Shown one piece after another: positions 19,928 through 30,064 of a DNA stretch of 64,000 nt. The stretch spans positions 1,621 to 65,620 of the forward strand of contig JBFZAN010000075.1 of the NCBI GenBank assembly GCA_041309005.1, read 5' to 3'. The notes beneath the pieces are model-generated. The model was not told where the DNA came from. It saw only the letters and a list, made by a program, of their open reading frames with translations, and made no database searches. The position numbers and the translations under genes were made by a program. Position 1 is the stretch's first letter, and every line of letters starts with the position of its first letter. Origin of the DNA: Candidatus Omnitrophota bacterium. GTDB lineage: Bacteria; Omnitrophota; Gorgyraeia; Gygaellales; Profunditerraquicolaceae.

Positions 19928-20790
19928 TGGATGTGATGGGAGCGTGGTATAAGTTAGTGGACTTGTTGCCTTTTAGCTGGACGCATTACGCGTTCATGAA
20001 GAACGCGCTCCTGGCCGTGTTGTTGGTCACGCCGCTCTTTGCCATCCTGGGGACCGTGGTGGTCAGCAACCGCATGGTTTTCTTTACCGACGTGCTTGGC
20101 CATTCTGCCCTCTCCGGCATCGCCATAGGCGTGCTCCTGGGTTTTCGCGACCCGACGCTGCCCATGATCATGCTCGCGGTGGTGATAGGCGTTTCCATAA
20201 ATTTGTTAAAGAATGCCACTAAAGCCTCCATGGATACGGTCCTGGGAGTGCTCTTCGCGTTCATCGTTGCGTTAGGTATCGTTATCTTGAGCAGGCAGGG
20301 GGGCTTCGTAAAATATACGACCTATCTTATCGGCGATATACTCGCGGTCACCCCAGGCCAGATCGCCTGGTTTTGCGTGATCGCGCTGGCGGTGCTTGCC
20401 TACTGGTATGCGGCCGCCAACGCCGTGATACTCTCCAGCGTCAACTCCTCGCTTGCGCGCAGCCGCAGGGTCAAGACCTTACTCATTGAAACGAGTTTCA
20501 CGGTGCTGCTTGCTATAGTGGTGATGGTCTCTATACGCCTGATAGGAGTGCTGATCATCAATTCGCTCTTGGTGTTGCCTGCGGCCGCAAGCCGCAACAT
20601 AGCCCGAAATATGTCTTCTTACACCGCCTGGGCAGTGCTTATCAGCGTAGCTTCAGGCATTGCCGGGCTGATCCTGTCGTATTACTGGGGCACCGCCTCC
20701 GGCGCCACCATCGTCCTTGTAGCCGCGGTTTTCTACGCTCTCTGCGCGTTGCTCAAAATGGGGTCAGACCCCATTTTTAATCGAACGTAA
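19927..20790 (+). CDS. znuB: Metal ABC transporter permease (ZnuB/TroC family)
   Basis: Polytopic. 1-nt TAATG overlap with znuC. The C-terminal tail reads through palindrome copy 2; the true stop may be the same. Confidence 0.7.
20755..20777. repeat. Perfect 23-nt palindrome AAAATGGGGTCAGACCCCATTTT (copy 2). Flanking T/A runs make it a plausible bidirectional rho-independent terminator between convergent znuB and the flippase gene
   Basis: 9-bp GC-rich stem with 1-nt loop followed by TTTTT on the plus strand. The mirrored A-run gives a T-run on the minus strand. Confidence 0.6.
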
Positions 20791-22063
20791 GCCTTCTTAC
20801 CGTAAAATAGGTGATGGTGAATATCGACGCCTCGATGATGATCGTGGCGATCGCCGCGCCGAGGTAGGAAAAGGACTGGATCAAAAGGAATATCAGGGGC
20901 ATCCCCACTATTGCCGCGACCACGTGTATCCTGGAATAGATATGCGTCTTGCCGCAGACAAGCAAAAACTGCACCCGGAACGCGTTGGCGTGCACGAAAA
21001 AAACCGCGATCAGCAAAAGCCTCAAGGTCAGCGCCGCCTCGGGATAATCCCTGCCGCAGATAACCTTTACCACCGAATGCGAGAAGATAAATATAACGGG
21101 CAGCGCGATCAGCGAAATGCTGACCACGATCTGCTGGATGCGCTGCATCATCCGTACGGCGGTGGCCTTATTTTTGTGGAAGATCTGGCTTAAGCGCGGG
21201 AAGACCGCCTGCGAAAAAGAAGTCAGGGGGAACGTCTGGCAGGCATTGGCTATCTTTTCCGCCATGGAATAAAATCCCGTGATGGTGTTATTGGTAAGCA
21301 GCCCCATGGTGAATATGCGGGTGGTGGTATAGGCGTTTATCGCCGCGATCGAAATAAAGATGTCCCAGCCGGCCTTTAACTGCTGGCGCAGGCTTTTGTA
21401 GCCCTGGAACTTGAACGCGATGCGGAACCTCCTGAATACGATATATTGCGCGAGGACCCCGGTAACGATGAACACCGCGGAGTTTATCGATGGCACCATC
21501 AGGTAATCCCCGGGCTGCCGTACGAAGTAAAAAATACACGCCGCGAAGACCGCCCCGCCCAGGATGTTCAAGCCCGTAATGTACTTCATTTTCTCCGTGC
21601 CCTGGAAAAACCAGACGGGAAAGAGCGTATTGCCTATCACCGAGCCGAAGCTTAAGAAATAGACCAGCCAGTCATGCCTGAACTTGGGGATGAAAAACAC
21701 GATCAGGCACAATATCGCAAAGCTCAACGCGGCGAGGGCGAGTTTCACCGTCATCACCGAGGAGAACGCCTGGGCGACCTTATGGTGCTCGTCCTGGCAC
21801 AGCGAGATCTCTTTGGTGGCGGTGATGCTGAAGCCGTAATCGGTCACGATCATGAAGTACTGCACGAACGCCTGCGCGAACGCGATCAGCCCGAATTTTT
21901 CCGCGCCGATGACCCTGAACAGGTAGGGTACGATGACGATCGGCAGCAAATACGTCACCGCCTGCAGCGACGCCAGGGAGGCGGCATTGCCGATGACCAC
22001 CTTGCGGTCGTGCGGGTGCGCCATGTGGTATGTCTTTTTTATCAGTTTCGGCAGCGAATGCAT
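20777..22063 (-). CDS. Wzx-like oligosaccharide/polysaccharide flippase (MOP superfamily)
   Basis: 428 aa, ~12 TM. N-terminal NAASLASLQAVTYLLPIVIVPYL...FGLIAFAQAF typical of polysaccharide biosynthesis/export proteins. Confidence 0.6.
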   Translation of the reverse strand: MHSLPKLIKKTYHMAHPHDRKVVIGNAASLASLQAVTYLLPIVIVPYLFRVIGAEKFGLIAFAQAFVQYFMIVTDYGFSITATKEISLCQDEHHKVAQAFSSVMTVKLALAALSFAILCLIVFFIPKFRHDWLVYFLSFGSVIGNTLFPVWFFQGTEKMKYITGLNILGGAVFAACIFYFVRQPGDYLMVPSINSAVFIVTGVLAQYIVFRRFRIAFKFQGYKSLRQQLKAGWDIFISIAAINAYTTTRIFTMGLLTNNTITGFYSMAEKIANACQTFPLTSFSQAVFPRLSQIFHKNKATAVRMMQRIQQIVVSISLIALPVIFIFSHSVVKVICGRDYPEAALTLRLLLIAVFFVHANAFRVQFLLVCGKTHIYSRIHVVAAIVGMPLIFLLIQSFSYLGAAIATIIIEASIFTITYFTVRRLTFD

Positions 22064-22136
22064 ATGGGTACTCTACACTGTATTTACCGCTAAGTCAAGG
22101 ATTGCGGTCAGGCCGGGATAATGATATAATCTGGTT

Positions 22137-23354
22137 ATGCGCATATTCCCGAGTAGTTTCCTTTGGGGCTCAGCCACGTCCGCCTACCAGGTTGAGGGCG
22201 ATAACATCCACAGCGACTGGTGGCAGTGGGAGAAGGCCGCGGGCAAAGAGCAGTCCGGCTCTGCCTGCCGCCACTACCAATTATACGAACAGGATTTTGA
22301 CCTGGCAAAAAGCCTCGAACATAATACCCACCGCCTCTCCATAGAGTGGGGGCGCATCGAGCCGCAGGAAGGGCGTTTCTCGCAGGAAGAGCTCACGCAT
22401 TATATAAACGTCATCCTCGCGCTTAAGGCGCGCGATATCGAACCCGTCGTTACCCTGCATCATTTTACCAATCCTGCCTGGCTCGCCCGGCAGGGAGGGT
22501 GGGAGCGCGGGCAGTCCGTTAAGTATTTCCTGCGCTATTGCGATTTCCTGGTGCGCGGCCTGGCAGAGCATGTCCGCTACTGGATCACCATAAACGAGCC
22601 CACGATATACGTATCCCACGCGTATCTTTTCGGCGCCTGGCCTCCGCAGGCAAAATCGTTCTTAAGGGCAAGGGCAGTCCAGGGCAATCTTGCCGCGGCT
22701 CACGTTAAAGCGTACCGCCTCATACATCAGATTTACGCGAGGCTCAAGCTGCAAAAGCCTTTTGTGGGCTTTTCCCAATACACGCAGGCATTCGTTCCCT
22801 GCTCGCAGGACCTAAGGGACCGCGTTGCCGCTCGCCTTCGCCACAAGTGGTTCAATCTCGGCCTTCTTGACTGTTTCGCGCGCCATAAAGCAATGGATTT
22901 CATCGGCGTCAATTATTACTCGCGCCAGCTGGTGGACACAAGAAGCTGGTGGCCCGTCCATTTGGCGGCTGATGTCTGCCGGGATAACCATCTTCCGGTG
23001 AAGAAGAATTCCCTGGGATGGGATATTTACCCGAAAGGGCTATCGGCAATACTGCTGGGGCTTAAGCAATATAACCTTCCCGTGATCATTACCGAGAACG
23101 GCATCTGCACGCAGGATGACGATCAGCGCTGGCAATATATTTACAGCCATTTAAGGGAAATTCAGCGCGCCATTGAAGGCGGCGTTGATGTCAGGGGCTA
23201 TCTCTACTGGTCGCTCATCGATAACTTTGAGTGGGACAAGGGCTTTGGCCCCAGGTTCGGGCTGGTGGATGTGGATTACAAGACCTATGCGCGCTCCGTC
23301 AGGGGCAGCGCCCGCAAATTCGCGCAGGTCTGCAAAACCGGGGTGTTGGAATGA
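22137..23354 (+). CDS. Glycoside hydrolase family 1 (beta-glucosidase)
   Basis: N-terminal FLWGSATSAYQVEG. Acid/base TINEP. Nucleophile ITENG. Confidence 0.85.
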   Translation: MRIFPSSFLWGSATSAYQVEGDNIHSDWWQWEKAAGKEQSGSACRHYQLYEQDFDLAKSLEHNTHRLSIEWGRIEPQEGRFSQEELTHYINVILALKARDIEPVVTLHHFTNPAWLARQGGWERGQSVKYFLRYCDFLVRGLAEHVRYWITINEPTIYVSHAYLFGAWPPQAKSFLRARAVQGNLAAAHVKAYRLIHQIYARLKLQKPFVGFSQYTQAFVPCSQDLRDRVAARLRHKWFNLGLLDCFARHKAMDFIGVNYYSRQLVDTRSWWPVHLAADVCRDNHLPVKKNSLGWDIYPKGLSAILLGLKQYNLPVIITENGICTQDDDQRWQYIYSHLREIQRAIEGGVDVRGYLYWSLIDNFEWDKGFGPRFGLVDVDYKTYARSVRGSARKFAQVCKTGVLE

Positions 23355-24580
23355 AACCGTTACTATGCGCGGTCTTGGCCGTCTTATTCTTCGCTCCGGC
23401 TTTATGGGCCGCCCCGCGCTGGGAAAAACAGGGCGAATTCTATTATTTGACGAAAACCACAAGGGACAATTTCAGCGCTGCCGGCGCGGGAACGAATAAG
23501 TTTACCGATAAATATCTCTCGCGCGACGGAATAGATTTCCTGGTAAGGGGAACTGGCGCCTGGCAGGATTACGGAAGGCTTGACCTCGAAGGCAATAAGA
23601 TGTTTTCCCTGCCCATACCTCAAGGCGTAAAGGTAGATGAGCTGCATTTGCTCGCGGGGGGGAATTTCGGCAATAGTTACGAGCATGATAAGTACCTGCG
23701 CTTGTACGGGGACAACTATTTTTACTCGGTCGTCACTGTCATCTTTTCCTTTCAGGACGGCGCCTATGCGCCTCTTTCCGTGCCGGTCTTCTGGGACTGG
23801 TTCCACCTGCCGCCGGGAGAATGGTCGAAGGACGGGGCATTGATCAAGTCCATCGGCAGTAACCCCGTGCGTAAAGACTGCGCCATCTTCCATATAAAAT
23901 TCGCCAACCCCAGGCCTGCGCAGCCGCTCAAAGATATTCTGATTACCGACAGCTGGTTAAGCGACCGTCCCTATTCCGATATCTTCGCGTTAACCATTAA
24001 GTCGCCTGATGCGCTGGAGGCCTTACCCAGGGAGAATCAGCGATTCAAGGCTGTCGCCCGGGATGCGGCAAAAGAGACCGCTGACACCGCTGCCGAATGG
24101 GCGTTCGATACCGGCCTTGACGGCTGGGTTGCCGCTGGCTCGGCGAACTGGGATTCCGAAGCTGACTGGCAAAAGGAACGTTACGGCAGGCAGGGCGTGG
24201 TCTCCATACCCGGCTGTAACTGGGCAGGGGACAAATACGGCTGGATAGAGAAAAAAGTGAAGCTTCCCGATTGGGGCGCTATCAGCCTGCAATTCTTTCG
24301 CCACAGCGCGCAATATAGCGAACAGGATAAGGCCTGGAGTGACGGCCTGCTAAAAGTGATCGTGAAGGGCGCGTCAGCTCCGGAGACCGTGTACGAGAAA
24401 CTCTACAGCGGTGAGTGGAGCGCCGAAACCGCCGACCTTTCGAAGTACAAAGGCCAGGCCGTGCTTATCAGGTTCGAGAACCACGGCGCCGGCAGCGTGC
24501 GCCTTGGCCCGTCTTCTTCGCCTGCCTGCGATGCCGAAGACGCCCTCATCGATGACATCCGCCTGCGTCCCGGAAAATAA
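23351..24580 (+). CDS. Hypothetical secreted protein translationally coupled (ATGA) to the GH1 gene
   Basis: Start corrected to ATG 23351 (MKPLLCAVLAVLFFAPALWAAP signal peptide). No recognisable domain; Trp/Tyr-rich. Confidence 0.4.
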   Translation: MKPLLCAVLAVLFFAPALWAAPRWEKQGEFYYLTKTTRDNFSAAGAGTNKFTDKYLSRDGIDFLVRGTGAWQDYGRLDLEGNKMFSLPIPQGVKVDELHLLAGGNFGNSYEHDKYLRLYGDNYFYSVVTVIFSFQDGAYAPLSVPVFWDWFHLPPGEWSKDGALIKSIGSNPVRKDCAIFHIKFANPRPAQPLKDILITDSWLSDRPYSDIFALTIKSPDALEALPRENQRFKAVARDAAKETADTAAEWAFDTGLDGWVAAGSANWDSEADWQKERYGRQGVVSIPGCNWAGDKYGWIEKKVKLPDWGAISLQFFRHSAQYSEQDKAWSDGLLKVIVKGASAPETVYEKLYSGEWSAETADLSKYKGQAVLIRFENHGAGSVRLGPSSSPACDAEDALIDDIRLRPGK

Positions 24581-24698
24581 TCCTATCCCCGTTTTGTAAT
24601 TGTGGTATAATACAGATACGCGTATCTAACCACGCAGTACAACGCTTCGTTCGTAACCGCGGCAAACTTTTATCTCCCGGAATCTTTCTTAAGGCGAA

Positions 24699-25376
24699 TT
24701 GGAAAAAATGCGTATTTTACTGGTTGAAGATGAAGAAAGGATAGCTTCGTTTATCGCGCGGGGCCTTAAAGAGTCCCATTACTCGGTAGACGTGGCAAGT
24801 GACGGGGAAAAAGGCCTCTACATGGCCGAGGTCAACGACTACGACTTGCTTATCCTCGACATCATGCTTCCCAAGAAAGACGGGATCTCCGTCTGCAGGG
24901 AATTGCGCGGCAAAGAGAGCCGCCTGCCCATTCTCATGCTTTCCGCCAAGGATACGACTGAAGATAAGGTAAGGGGGCTTAATTTCGGCGCGGACGATTA
25001 CCTGGCAAAGCCTTTCGCCTTCAAGGAGCTGCTTGCCAGGGTCCAGGCGCTGCTTCGCAGGCCCGCCCGCGATAAAGGCTCTGTCCTCGCCGCCGGCGAC
25101 CTCCAGCTGAACCAGCTCACCCACCGCGTCAGCCGCGCCGGCAAAGAGATCGAGCTCACCAGCAAGGAATACGCCCTGCTTGAGTATATAATGCTTCATC
25201 AGGGAGAGGTCATCACCCGCACCATGATCTCCGAGCATGTCTGGCATGAGAATTTCGATTCCTTTACTAATGTGATAGACGTGCACATGTTCAACCTGCG
25301 CAATAAAATAGACAAGGGTTCAAAAAAACCGCTCATCCGTTCGGTCCGGGGCAGCGGCTACGTGCTTAAAGGATAG
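24699..25376 (+). CDS. OmpR-family response regulator
   Basis: Receiver domain (LLVEDEE, DLLILDIMLPKKDG). Winged-helix trans_reg_C (LTSKEYALLEYIM...VRGSGY). Confidence 0.85.
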   Translation: MEKMRILLVEDEERIASFIARGLKESHYSVDVASDGEKGLYMAEVNDYDLLILDIMLPKKDGISVCRELRGKESRLPILMLSAKDTTEDKVRGLNFGADDYLAKPFAFKELLARVQALLRRPARDKGSVLAAGDLQLNQLTHRVSRAGKEIELTSKEYALLEYIMLHQGEVITRTMISEHVWHENFDSFTNVIDVHMFNLRNKIDKGSKKPLIRSVRGSGYVLKG

Positions 25377-25378
25377 CC

Positions 25379-26860
25379 ATGAGATTCAATTCCATTCGTT
25401 TTAAGATCACCGTATTTTATACCGCGATCCTCGGGATGATCCTGGTGCTCTATACCGCGGTGCTGTATTATAACCTCAATTACGCGCTTTACCGCGAGTT
25501 CGACAATAACCTCATGGTCAAGGCGCAGGAGGTCAGCAACGCCGTCAATTCTTACCTGGATTCCCTCGGCTATAACCAGCGGGCCTTCGAGTTCGCCATT
25601 AACCGGGTGATCAGGCAGGAGGGCGAGCACCCTGCCCAGGAGAAGGTAGTGGAGCTTGAGCGGGCCTGGCTCGCCAAGCGCGAAAAGCTCGACCTGAAGA
25701 ACGCCTATATCGACCTTGCCAGCATCAGCCGCGGCCAGGCCATCGTGAATTCCCACAATATGGACCCCGCGCTGCTAACGCATTTCCTGAAAGACGTTTC
25801 CCTGCTCCCGAAAAAAGCCCTTTCCTATAAGAACGTCGATCTTGGCGCGCACCGTCTGCGCATGGTCAACATCCCCTTTTATTTCAAGAACAAAAGGATG
25901 TATTTGATCCAGGTTGGCGCTTCCCGCAAGCCAGTGTTTACCATCCTTTCCGGAAGGCTGATATTCGCTTCGCTCGCCATACCCTTTATCCTGCTTATCG
26001 CCAGCTTCCTGGGGGGCGTGATCACCAACCGGATCCTGAAGCCGGTGATGGAAGTGGCCGAGGCCGCCGGCAATATCACCCATAAGGACTTAAGCGTCAG
26101 GGTCAAGGCTTCCCATGTCGATGAAGAGTTGAAATACCTGGTGGATGCCTTTAACGAGATGATCTCGCGGTTGGATAAATCGTTCCGCTATATCGCGGAA
26201 TTCAGCTCCAACGTCGCCCATGAGCTGCGCACGCCCCTTACCGTCATCAGGGGAGAGTCCGAGGTCACGCTGATGCAGGAGCGCGACAGCGCCGAGTACC
26301 AGCGGGCGCTCAAGGTGAATATGGAGGAGACCGACGGCATGCTCAAGATAGTCGAGGACCTCCTGCTCTTGAGCAGGCTTGAATACCAGCCGCAGGCGTT
26401 CCATTTCGAAACGTTCGATTTCTCCGCGTTTATGCGGGAGGTCTTTCAACAGGCCGGGAAAATGGCGTCGCAGAAAAACATTTCCATGGAGCTCGTCAGC
26501 CTCGATAAGCCGCTGCGCATTTCAGCGGACGCCTCGCATGTACGGAGGCTGTTCTTTAATCTCCTGCATAACGCCGTCAAATTCACCCCCTCAGGCGGCA
26601 GCATCATCGTTAAAGTGCAGGAGGAATCGCGCAAGCTCAAAGTCGCGGTCGCGGATACCGGCCCCGGCATCAGGCCGCAGGACCAGGATAAGATATTCGA
26701 CCGCTTCTTCCGCGCGGACAGGAGCAGCTCGCCCGGCGAAGACGGCAGCGGTCTGGGCTTAAGCATCGCCCAGTCCATAGCCAGGATACACCGCGGCAAT
26801 ATCTCCGTCAAAAGCCAGCCCCATAAAGGCGCTACCTTCACCGTTACCCTTCCCCTTTAG
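25379..26860 (+). CDS. Sensor histidine kinase (two TM, HAMP, HisKA, HATPase_c)
   Basis: H-box FSSNVAHELRTPLT. N-box LLHNAVKFT. G-boxes DTGPGI, GSGLGLSIA. Confidence 0.85.
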   Translation: MRFNSIRFKITVFYTAILGMILVLYTAVLYYNLNYALYREFDNNLMVKAQEVSNAVNSYLDSLGYNQRAFEFAINRVIRQEGEHPAQEKVVELERAWLAKREKLDLKNAYIDLASISRGQAIVNSHNMDPALLTHFLKDVSLLPKKALSYKNVDLGAHRLRMVNIPFYFKNKRMYLIQVGASRKPVFTILSGRLIFASLAIPFILLIASFLGGVITNRILKPVMEVAEAAGNITHKDLSVRVKASHVDEELKYLVDAFNEMISRLDKSFRYIAEFSSNVAHELRTPLTVIRGESEVTLMQERDSAEYQRALKVNMEETDGMLKIVEDLLLLSRLEYQPQAFHFETFDFSAFMREVFQQAGKMASQKNISMELVSLDKPLRISADASHVRRLFFNLLHNAVKFTPSGGSIIVKVQEESRKLKVAVADTGPGIRPQDQDKIFDRFFRADRSSSPGEDGSGLGLSIAQSIARIHRGNISVKSQPHKGATFTVTLPL

Positions 26861-26937
26861 ATTAATAAAATTAATTCTAAATTAATCATCCCTTAACGTT
26901 GCCTGTGCTATATTCTGTCATAAGGAGGCAGGATAAA

Positions 26938-27135
26938 ATGGTACACCATGTAAATGAAGACAGGTATGAGATCGTTATCAGGAAGGTCGGCAGGGATGAC
27001 CCCGTGGAGGTCAACGTCATGGACGACCGCGCCACGCAGGAGATCCTCAGGACCATCGGCGTATTGAATTTACGCAGTGCTTTTGGCGAGTTAAATGAAG
27101 GAAGCCCCCGAAAGAGGCTTACTCCAGCTGCGTAA
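26938..27135 (+). CDS. Small hypothetical protein (65 aa)
   Basis: ATG with RBS AAGGAGG 9 nt upstream. No similarity recognised. Confidence 0.25.
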   Translation: MVHHVNEDRYEIVIRKVGRDDPVEVNVMDDRATQEILRTIGVLNLRSAFGELNEGSPRKRLTPAA

Positions 27136-27237
27136 AACGTTAAGGCGGGCTCGCGCTTTCCCCCCGGAAGGCGGCCCGCCTTAATTCTTTTTCCCTCCGA
27201 AAGACCCTTTGCGTAAAATCCGCTTTTGTATTAAGAT

Positions 27238-27909
27238 ATGGTCATGGATATCGAAGCCGCCAGGATCATCAGGTCAAAGCGAAGGACCATCAGCCTCGAA
27301 ATAACCCGCGACGCAACACTGGTCATCAGGGCGCCTTTTCGCGCGAGCGAGCGTTATATCCTTGGGCTCCTGGAGAAAAGGCGTTCCTGGATCCATAAGA
27401 AACTCGCCCAGCAACGGGCCCGCGTCGTGCCTTCCAAACAATTCGTCAACGAAGAAGAGTTTTTGTATCTGGGAGTCAACTACCGGTTGCGTATCGCGCC
27501 CGGACATCCGGCTTCCCTCACCCTTGATGGCGCGTTTCTGCTGAATTCCGCCCGCGCGTCCAAAGCGCGGGAAGAATTCATCCGCTGGTACGCCGAACGC
27601 GCCGGGGAAATAGTCCCTGAACGCGCGAGCTTCTACGGCAAAGCAAGCGGCCTTTCGTACAGCCGCGTCAATATTACCAATGCCCGCCGCAGGTGGGGCT
27701 CCTGCAGCAGCAACGACGGCCTTAATTTCAGCTGGCGGCTGGTAATGGCGCCGATAGAGGTGATCGATTACGTGGTGGCACACGAGGTCGCGCACCTTGC
27801 CGTGAGGAGCCATTCCCGCCGCTTCTGGGGCAAGGTAGCGCAGCTCTTTCCCGGATACAGGGAGTGCGGCAGGTGGCTTAAGGAAAACGGCCATTTGCTC
27901 TCGCTGTAA
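27238..27909 (+). CDS. YgjP-like M48-family metallohydrolase (DUF45)
   Basis: WGSCSS...NFSWRL and HExxH zinc motif VAHEVAHL characteristic of the YgjP/DUF45 family. Confidence 0.7.
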   Translation: MVMDIEAARIIRSKRRTISLEITRDATLVIRAPFRASERYILGLLEKRRSWIHKKLAQQRARVVPSKQFVNEEEFLYLGVNYRLRIAPGHPASLTLDGAFLLNSARASKAREEFIRWYAERAGEIVPERASFYGKASGLSYSRVNITNARRRWGSCSSNDGLNFSWRLVMAPIEVIDYVVAHEVAHLAVRSHSRRFWGKVAQLFPGYRECGRWLKENGHLLSL

Positions 27910-27931
27910 TACGTGTTATAATCTATGTACG

Positions 27932-29113
27932 ATGAAAAAAAGGGCTGTCTTCATCCTTATCCCGGCGGTACTTCTCTTGTCCGTTGCCTGCGCAGCCGCC
28001 TATGTGTTCTATACTCCGCGGGGCTCCGCGTTCCTCGTGAAAAAGGCCCTTGCCAAATACCTTCCCGCGCAAACATTTACTATAGGTAAAAGCGAAGGCA
28101 GCTTCGCGCGGACACTGGTTTTAAGCGACCTTGAATTTCACGGTCTTTCCGGCCTGCCCGCCGGCAGCGTCCTTAAAGTCCAGTCTTTAAAAGTGCATAT
28201 CGCGTCGTTTGAGCCTGCCGGGCGTATGGCCAGGATAGATAACGGCCGCCTTCAACTGCCGGATTCAGAATTGATACTCTTTCGCGGCCGGCTCCAGAAC
28301 AACGCGCTGGACGCCAATATTTTCTCAAACGGCCTGCGCCTGGAACAGCTAAGCGGCTTTGTCCCCGGAAACGCCGGTTTAAAACAGCTCTCGGGCGCGA
28401 TAAGCGGCATCGATATCTATGTGAAGGGCGCGTTATCGAAGCCGCAGGTAAGCGGCAAATGCCGGGTCGAGAGGTTTCTTCGCGGCGGATTTACATTGGC
28501 TGACAGCCTTATCTTCTTCGATATACGCCTGGAAGGCTTGGGTGCAAGCCCCAAAGTTTTCGGGACGGTCTCAACCGACAGCGGTACGGTCTCGGGGCCG
28601 AGAACCGCGGTGATCGCCCTTAGTAACAGCAAGGTATCGTTTTCCGGGGACCCTTCTAAGCCCGAACTTGATCTGCGGGGAGTTTCGGCCGTGGAATCCG
28701 TCAAAATTAATATCGCCGTGAAAGGGACGCTCGATAAGCCCGAGTTGATACTTGCGTCAGACCCGCCCCTGCCCCGGGAGCGGCTGGCAGTGATGCTCTT
28801 GACCAATAAAAGCTGGAAAGCCACCCAGGCGGCCCTGGGAAGCGGGCAGTTGTCTCCGGACGTAGCCAGAGATTTCATAGGGTATTTCTTGTTCCCCGCT
28901 TCAGGCAACTCCCTCGCCAAACGCCTTGGCCTGACGGACATCTCGTTTACCTTTGACCGGCAGCAGAAAGGGGTCGGCGTCAACAAGGCAATAACCGGCA
29001 ACCTTTCGGTGGAGGCTGAAAAAGAATTATTGCCGCAGGCAGCTTCCGGCCAGTCCGGGCCCCCGCAGAGGCCGTCCGACAATGTATTGTTGAAGTTCAA
29101 AAAGAAGTTCTGA
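27932..29113 (+). CDS. Hypothetical secreted protein
   Basis: Signal peptide KKRAVFILIPAVLLLSVACAAA. Gly/Ser-rich beta-strand-like repeats. No recognisable motif. Confidence 0.35.
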   Translation: MKKRAVFILIPAVLLLSVACAAAYVFYTPRGSAFLVKKALAKYLPAQTFTIGKSEGSFARTLVLSDLEFHGLSGLPAGSVLKVQSLKVHIASFEPAGRMARIDNGRLQLPDSELILFRGRLQNNALDANIFSNGLRLEQLSGFVPGNAGLKQLSGAISGIDIYVKGALSKPQVSGKCRVERFLRGGFTLADSLIFFDIRLEGLGASPKVFGTVSTDSGTVSGPRTAVIALSNSKVSFSGDPSKPELDLRGVSAVESVKINIAVKGTLDKPELILASDPPLPRERLAVMLLTNKSWKATQAALGSGQLSPDVARDFIGYFLFPASGNSLAKRLGLTDISFTFDRQQKGVGVNKAITGNLSVEAEKELLPQAASGQSGPPQRPSDNVLLKFKKKF

Positions 29114-29212
29114 CCGTTTTTTTTCATTCTTAAGCCTCAAGGAATGCTGTTGCGCGAGCCCCCATTATTTGGTACAATGTGGGATAATTATTCATTAAAA
29201 CGAGGAGGAGAG

Positions 29213-30064
29213 ATGTTCACAAGAGCGATGGGAATTATAGGGGCGTTGTTGTGCGCGCAGCTTGCGTTCGCGGGCCAGGAAAATAAAAGCATCCAGATAA
29301 AAGGTTCCGATACCATGGTCAACCTTGGCCAGGCCTGGGCCGAGGCCTTCAATAAGAAGAACCCCGGCGTCAACGTCGCGGTCACCGGCGGCGGTTCGGG
29401 CACCGGAATAGCCGCGCTCATCTCCGGCACCGCGGACATCGCGGAATGCTCAAGGACCATGAAAGACAAGGAGATCCAGCGGGCCCAGGAGAACAAGATA
29501 GAACCCAAGGAGTTCATCGTGGCGCTGGACGGCCTGGCTGTCGTGGTCAATCCGGCCAATCCCGTTTCGCAGCTTACCGTGGACCAGCTGGCCGATATTT
29601 TCACCGGCAGGTTCACCAACTGGAAGGACGTCGGCGGCAAAAGTATCCCTATCGTGATCCTCTCGCGTGAAGTCAACTCCGGCACGCACGTCTATTTCAA
29701 GGAGCACGTCCTGCGCAAGGGCAATGAAAAAGGCAGCGAGGAATTTTCTCCTTCGGCGCTGCTTATGCCTTCAAGCCAGGCGATCGCCGATGAAGTTTCC
29801 CAGAACCCCAATGCCATAGGCTACTACGGCATGGGATACGTCAGCCCCGGCCAGAAAGCCATTGCCGTCGCCAAAGATAAAGACTCCGCGTATGTAAACC
29901 CGACCATAGAGAACGTCAAGAACGGCTCCTATCCTGTCTCGCGGCCGCTGCTGTTATATACCAATTGCGAGCCCGGAGGCGTGATAAAGGAATTCATCGA
30001 TTTCGTGTTGTCGCCCGAGGGCCAGGAGATTGTCAAGAAGATCGATTTTGTTCCGGTAAAATAA
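29213..30064 (+). CDS. pstS: Phosphate ABC transporter substrate-binding protein
   Basis: Start corrected to ATG 29213 (RBS GAGGAGGAG). GSDTMVNLGQAWAEAF and TGGGSGTGIAA typical of PstS. Confidence 0.8.
   Translation: MFTRAMGIIGALLCAQLAFAGQENKSIQIKGSDTMVNLGQAWAEAFNKKNPGVNVAVTGGGSGTGIAALISGTADIAECSRTMKDKEIQRAQENKIEPKEFIVALDGLAVVVNPANPVSQLTVDQLADIFTGRFTNWKDVGGKSIPIVILSREVNSGTHVYFKEHVLRKGNEKGSEEFSPSALLMPSSQAIADEVSQNPNAIGYYGMGYVSPGQKAIAVAKDKDSAYVNPTIENVKNGSYPVSRPLLLYTNCEPGGVIKEFIDFVLSPEGQEIVKKIDFVPVK

Noticed and set aside
20777-22063. Plus-strand ORFs 20924-21193, 21446-21655, 21674-22093 inside the flippase gene
   Set aside because: They are antisense to a coherent 12-TM flippase. Their products are Arg/His/Asp-rich low-complexity sequences.
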